A stretch of 64,000 nt of DNA from Armatimonadota bacterium (lineage in GTDB: Bacteria > Armatimonadota > Fimbriimonadia > Fimbriimonadales > GBS-DC): positions 1 through 64,000 of the forward strand of contig JBBIML010000017.1 in the NCBI GenBank assembly GCA_037444405.1, read 5' to 3'. The notes below the pieces were generated by a model, which was not told the DNA's origin, did not search any database, and worked only from the letters and a program-made list of their open reading frames with translations. Of this stretch, positions 60,287 to 64,000 are shown piece after piece (within the stretch, counting starts at the first letter, position 1; each line of letters opens with the position of its first letter). The position numbers were made by a program, and so were the translations under genes.

Positions 60287-61741
60287 CTATCTATCCGATG
60301 CAGATGCAGAGATGCGCACGGGTTGACCGTCGCTGAGCAGGTCCTGCCCGCGAATGACCACCCGTTCACCGGGCTTGACGCCTTCGGCGTAGACCGTCTC
60401 GGCGTTGCTGGCGCGGATGCGCACGGGGCGTGATTTCGCGATGTTATTCTCGACAACAAACACGCGCGCTGTATCGCCCTTCTCGATCAGGGCGAGCTTG
60501 GGTATCAGCGGCACGTTGCGATAAGTGCGCAGGAGGATTGTGCCGCGGGCGAACAGCCCTGTCTTGAGCGGCAGGTCAGCGGGGTTCGTCAGGGTGACGC
60601 GCAGGCGCAGGTTGCGGGCGTTATCGGCAGTGGCGGGATAGATGGCTTCCACCCTGCCCGCGAAACCGCGCTGTGGGAAGGCGTCGATGCGCACGGACAC
60701 GGGCATGCCGACCCGCACCTCGCGCAGAAGGGTTTCAGGGAGCGTTGCTTCGAAGTAAAGACGGCTCAGATCGACAACGCGGGCGACGGGCATGCCCTGT
60801 CCGATGGCCATGCCCACATCCACGAATCGCTGGGCGATCCAGCCGTCAAAGGGCGCACGGATGAGTGTCTCGTTGAGTTGCTGTTGGGCATAGGCGAGGT
60901 TTGCCTTTGCCTGCGCGAGCGCGGCGCGCGCGGCAGCCACCTGCGACTGGCGCAGCTCGATCTGCGACTTGCCCAGTATTGCCTGCCGATAGGCTTCTTC
61001 GGCTTGCTTGACAGCCTGCTCAGCGGCTTCGATATCTTCGCGGCGGGGTCCTTCGCGGATGAGGCTCAGCGTTTCTTCCGCCTGACGCAGTTGCGCCTGT
61101 GCCGCCTCGTAAGCCGCTCTTTGCGCATCATACTGCTGTTTGGGGATCGCGCCCTGCTCGTAGAGCTGCCGGGCGCGTTCGAAGTTCGCCTTCGCCAGTT
61201 CGAAGTTGGCGCGGGCGGCGGCGACCTGCTGCTCGGCTTGCTGGCGTTCCTGCGGGCGCGCGCCCGCTTGCAACGCTCGCAGTCGCGCCTGTGCCGTTAG
61301 CAGGGCGGAGCGCGCCGATTGAATCTGCGCATCGGTCAGATCGGGTTGCACGCGCGCGGCGACCTCCGCCTGCTTCAGGTTCGCTTCAGCCGCGCGTAAT
61401 GCTGCCTCCGCCTGACGCAACTGGATGCGCCGGTCGCTCTGATCCAGCATGGCAATCACCTGTCCCTTGCGCACGCGATCGCCCTCCCGCACGCGCACCT
61501 GTACCACCTTGCCGTCAATCTTGGCAGCGACCTGCGTGTCCAGATAGCTCTTCAGATCGCCCGTCACCTCAATCTCTTCGGTCAGGTTGCCCGTTTTGAT
61601 CTCAGCGACGGCGACCGTGACGGCACTGGTTTCGTTCGCGCCGGCGCGAGGCGCGGGGGCACCGCCCCGACACGCGCTCAGCATCACGCTCAGAAAAACA
61701 AACAGCAATCCGTAGCCTGTCGGTTTTCGCATTGTCGTCAT
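60287..61741 (-). CDS. RND membrane fusion (periplasmic adaptor) lipoprotein
   Basis: Lipobox LSAC, VREGDRV, coiled coil and IRAPFDG. Confidence 0.92.
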   Translation of the reverse strand: MTTMRKPTGYGLLFVFLSVMLSACRGGAPAPRAGANETSAVTVAVAEIKTGNLTEEIEVTGDLKSYLDTQVAAKIDGKVVQVRVREGDRVRKGQVIAMLDQSDRRIQLRQAEAALRAAEANLKQAEVAARVQPDLTDAQIQSARSALLTAQARLRALQAGARPQERQQAEQQVAAARANFELAKANFERARQLYEQGAIPKQQYDAQRAAYEAAQAQLRQAEETLSLIREGPRREDIEAAEQAVKQAEEAYRQAILGKSQIELRQSQVAAARAALAQAKANLAYAQQQLNETLIRAPFDGWIAQRFVDVGMAIGQGMPVARVVDLSRLYFEATLPETLLREVRVGMPVSVRIDAFPQRGFAGRVEAIYPATADNARNLRLRVTLTNPADLPLKTGLFARGTILLRTYRNVPLIPKLALIEKGDTARVFVVENNIAKSRPVRIRASNAETVYAEGVKPGERVVIRGQDLLSDGQPVRISASASDR

Positions 61742-63075
61742 CAGCCTCCCTCTGGATGGGCTGTGCCAAGCGCATAACGCGCTCCTATCGTGCCGATTGC
61801 CCGCTGAAGAGCAGCATAGGCGTTCAGGTAGTCGAACTGGGCGTTGACCAGGTTCGTCTGGGCTTGAGTGTAGGCGAGTTCGGCGTCGCTGATCTCCAGC
61901 TGGGGTGAGACGCCTGCCTCGTAGCGGATTCGGGCGAGGCGCAACGCCTCGGTCGCCTGCTCCAGCCCCTTGCGGGCGACCTCCAGCCGCTGCAGGGCGT
62001 CCTTGAGGTTGAGGTAGGCGGTGCGCACCTCCAGCGCGACGCCTTCCTTCACCTGCTGAAGGCTGATCTCGGCGATTTGCCAATCTTCGCGTGCCTGTGC
62101 CACCCGCGCGTGGGTGATACCGCCGTCGAACACCGGGAACGATAGCACCGCCGTCGCGGTGAACACCTGCCGACGCGGGTTGAAAACAGTGGTGGTGAGA
62201 TTGAAGTTCCACTGCCCGTTGAGGGCAAGGGTGGGCAGGTTGCCCCGCCGCGCGTTCTGGATGTTCACCTGTGCCAGTTGCAGGTTGCGCTCTGCTGCTC
62301 GAACTTCGGGGCGGTTCTGATAGGCTTGTTGAATAAGCCTCTCCAGTTCGACCTCTTCGAAAGCGGGCAGGCTTTCGGGTGGCGCGACCTGCACGGGCGT
62401 GTTCAGGTCGCGCCCCAGCAGGTTATTGAGCGTTGCGCGAGCAATCTCCGCCTGATTGCGCGCGTTCAGCAGCGCCTGCTCGCTCTGGGCGACCTGCGTC
62501 TCGGCACGCAACAGATCAAACCGCGAGGCGACGCCCGTGTCCACCTGTGTGCGGGTGATGCGCAGTCGCTCCTGCGCGTTCTTGAGCGCCTCTTCCGCCA
62601 CGCGCACGAAGGCGTCCGCTCGCGCCACATTCTGATAGGCGTTCGTCACCTGCAGGATGAGGTCGTTGCGGGCGCGTTCGTACTCCAGCAGGCTCAGTTC
62701 ATAGCCCAGCGTGGCGGCTCGCACTGCGCTGCGGATGACGCCGCTGATGTCGATGGGCTGGGTGAGGGTCAGCAGCAGCACGCGGCTCTCGATGGAACTC
62801 AGCCGCACCTCCTGCGGTCCGAAGCGCGCCGTCGCCACCCTGTCAAAGCGGGTGTAGGTCGTGTTGCTCTGGATTTGTAGGCTGCCCGCGCCGCGCGCCT
62901 CGGCGACCCGTTCCCGCGCCTTCTGCAGGGTGCGCTCGGCAATCTGAAACGAGCGATTGCTCCGCAGGGCGATCCGAATTGCTTCCTCCAGCGTCAGCGG
63001 CGCCTGATCGGTCTGCGCCCCTGTTAGTGCGACCGTCAGCGTCAGCATCAGTAAGCCACCCGTTCGAGCTTTCAT
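61741..63075 (-). CDS. TolC-family outer membrane factor
   Basis: LTLEEAIRIAL and RYEAGV motifs; OEP repeats. Confidence 0.92.
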   Translation of the reverse strand: MKARTGGLLMLTLTVALTGAQTDQAPLTLEEAIRIALRSNRSFQIAERTLQKARERVAEARGAGSLQIQSNTTYTRFDRVATARFGPQEVRLSSIESRVLLLTLTQPIDISGVIRSAVRAATLGYELSLLEYERARNDLILQVTNAYQNVARADAFVRVAEEALKNAQERLRITRTQVDTGVASRFDLLRAETQVAQSEQALLNARNQAEIARATLNNLLGRDLNTPVQVAPPESLPAFEEVELERLIQQAYQNRPEVRAAERNLQLAQVNIQNARRGNLPTLALNGQWNFNLTTTVFNPRRQVFTATAVLSFPVFDGGITHARVAQAREDWQIAEISLQQVKEGVALEVRTAYLNLKDALQRLEVARKGLEQATEALRLARIRYEAGVSPQLEISDAELAYTQAQTNLVNAQFDYLNAYAALQRAIGTIGARYALGTAHPEGG

Positions 63076-63079
63076 ACTC

Positions 63080-63727
63080 TCACCTCGTGTCGTTGCTGTG
63101 GGGTTGAGTTAAAAAAGCGGGCTTGAAGAACTCCAGCGTGTGCTCCACCAGCTCCGTCAGCGGCGCATGCTCTTTTTCCATCATCCACTCCATCAGGCAG
63201 AGCCGATAGAGCCGCACGGCATAGTGCGCCAGCATTTCGGGCGGCACATCCTGGCGGAACTCGCCCTTCTGCTGACCCGCGATGAAACCCTGCAGGGCAT
63301 ACTGCGTCGCTTCCTGCACCAGCGCCATCATCTGCTGGCGCAGTTCGGCGCTCTGGCAGCAGGCGACCATAATGGAGCGTGTGAGCGCCAGCGACATGCC
63401 GTCCCGACTGGCGATATAGAGCATCACCTGGCGCAGAACCTCCCACTGGCTTTCCGCCGTCTCGGGTCTGAGCTGATCCAGAAACTCGTAGACATCTTCC
63501 GCCATCTCTTCCATGTAGGCATAGAGCAGATGCTCTTTGGTGGGGAAGTAGAGGAAGAAGGTGCCTTTGGCGACATCGGCGCGCTCGGTAATCTCTTCAA
63601 CCGTGAGCTGGTCGAAGGGTTTTTCCTGCATCAGTTCGAGCGCGGCGGTGATGATGCGCTGGCGCGTCTCCTCTTTGCGCCGCTCGCGCCGCCCTTTACG
63701 CTCCGTCAGTTCCGTTTGCGTACTCAT
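63080..63727 (-). CDS. TetR/AcrR family regulator
   Basis: TVEEITERADVAKGTFFLYFPTKEHL. Confidence 0.95.
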   Translation of the reverse strand: MSTQTELTERKGRRERRKEETRQRIITAALELMQEKPFDQLTVEEITERADVAKGTFFLYFPTKEHLLYAYMEEMAEDVYEFLDQLRPETAESQWEVLRQVMLYIASRDGMSLALTRSIMVACCQSAELRQQMMALVQEATQYALQGFIAGQQKGEFRQDVPPEMLAHYAVRLYRLCLMEWMMEKEHAPLTELVEHTLEFFKPAFLTQPHSNDTR

Positions 63728-63830
63728 CGCTTGTCGCTCCAGAGTTTACCCGATGGTATTCAACTTTGTCAAGTCCTTAGGCTTCTCTACCTCACGAATA
63801 ATGAGCCAGAGCTTGATTTTATTGAATCTC

Positions 63831-63912
63831 TGACGACCAATGGTCATCAATGAATGGCGGTCAATGTTGACCATCGATCAACATTATACCATGGGTCAGG
63901 GGGCTTTGTCAA
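63831..63912 (-). promoter_or_regulatory. Consensus sigma-70 promoter with two downstream palindromic operator candidates
   Basis: Minus strand TTGACA (63907-63912)-N18-TATAAT (63883-63888); imperfect palindromes TGACGACCAATGGTCATCA and ATGTTGACCATCGATCAACAT. Confidence 0.8.
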
Positions 63913-63957
63913 GGGGTTGGTGAGGGTGTTCGGAAAATCCACCCAGAGGCAAGGATG

Positions 63958-63993
63958 CCCCTCACCCCTACCCTCTCTCCAGAGGGGAGAGGG
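63958..63993 (-). repeat. Intergenic copy of the palindromic element
   Basis: Reverse complement CCCTCTCCCCTCTGGAGAGAGGGTAGGGGTGAGGGG. Confidence 0.8.
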
Positions 63994-64000
63994 TACAGAT

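Overview
GC-rich bacterial chromosomal window. PEP-CTERM proteins, a DUF1559-type prepilin and two proteins ending in a 'GDVxxDGxVDDADLLxVLFxFG' repeat suggest Armatimonadota (inference). Most of it is housekeeping or envelope genes: rsfS-nadD, sufU-sufS-Rieske-sufD, ccmAB, Rrf2, queF, def-fmt, uppS-frr-pyrH, wecB, tilS, ECF sigma/anti-sigma/HtrA-like, efp and a TetR-TolC-MFP-RND efflux operon. A ~16 kb lower-GC island (34.1-50.4 kb) holds orphan Rhs C-terminal toxin/immunity cassettes (Tlde1-like, glycine-zipper, BECR-like RNase, alpha/beta-hydrolase) and IS5 remnants, with no full-length rhs gene in the window. Signals not explained by the ORF track: (1) a solitary 36-bp CRISPR-like repeat with its own -10 box and terminator at 26.5-26.7 kb, with no cas genes; (2) three related PEP-CTERM loci (one intact, one tail-only, one empty), the two defective ones behind sigma-54 promoters; (3) a secreted TPR-CHAT protease with 8 codon-diverged RP(L/I)T(S/T/A)G(A/S) repeats in the protease domain; (4) a TA module flanked by a perfect 66-bp direct repeat; (5) an HtrA homologue lacking all three catalytic residues, next to an anti-sigma factor carrying in-frame palindromic repeats; (6) several apparently leaderless genes.
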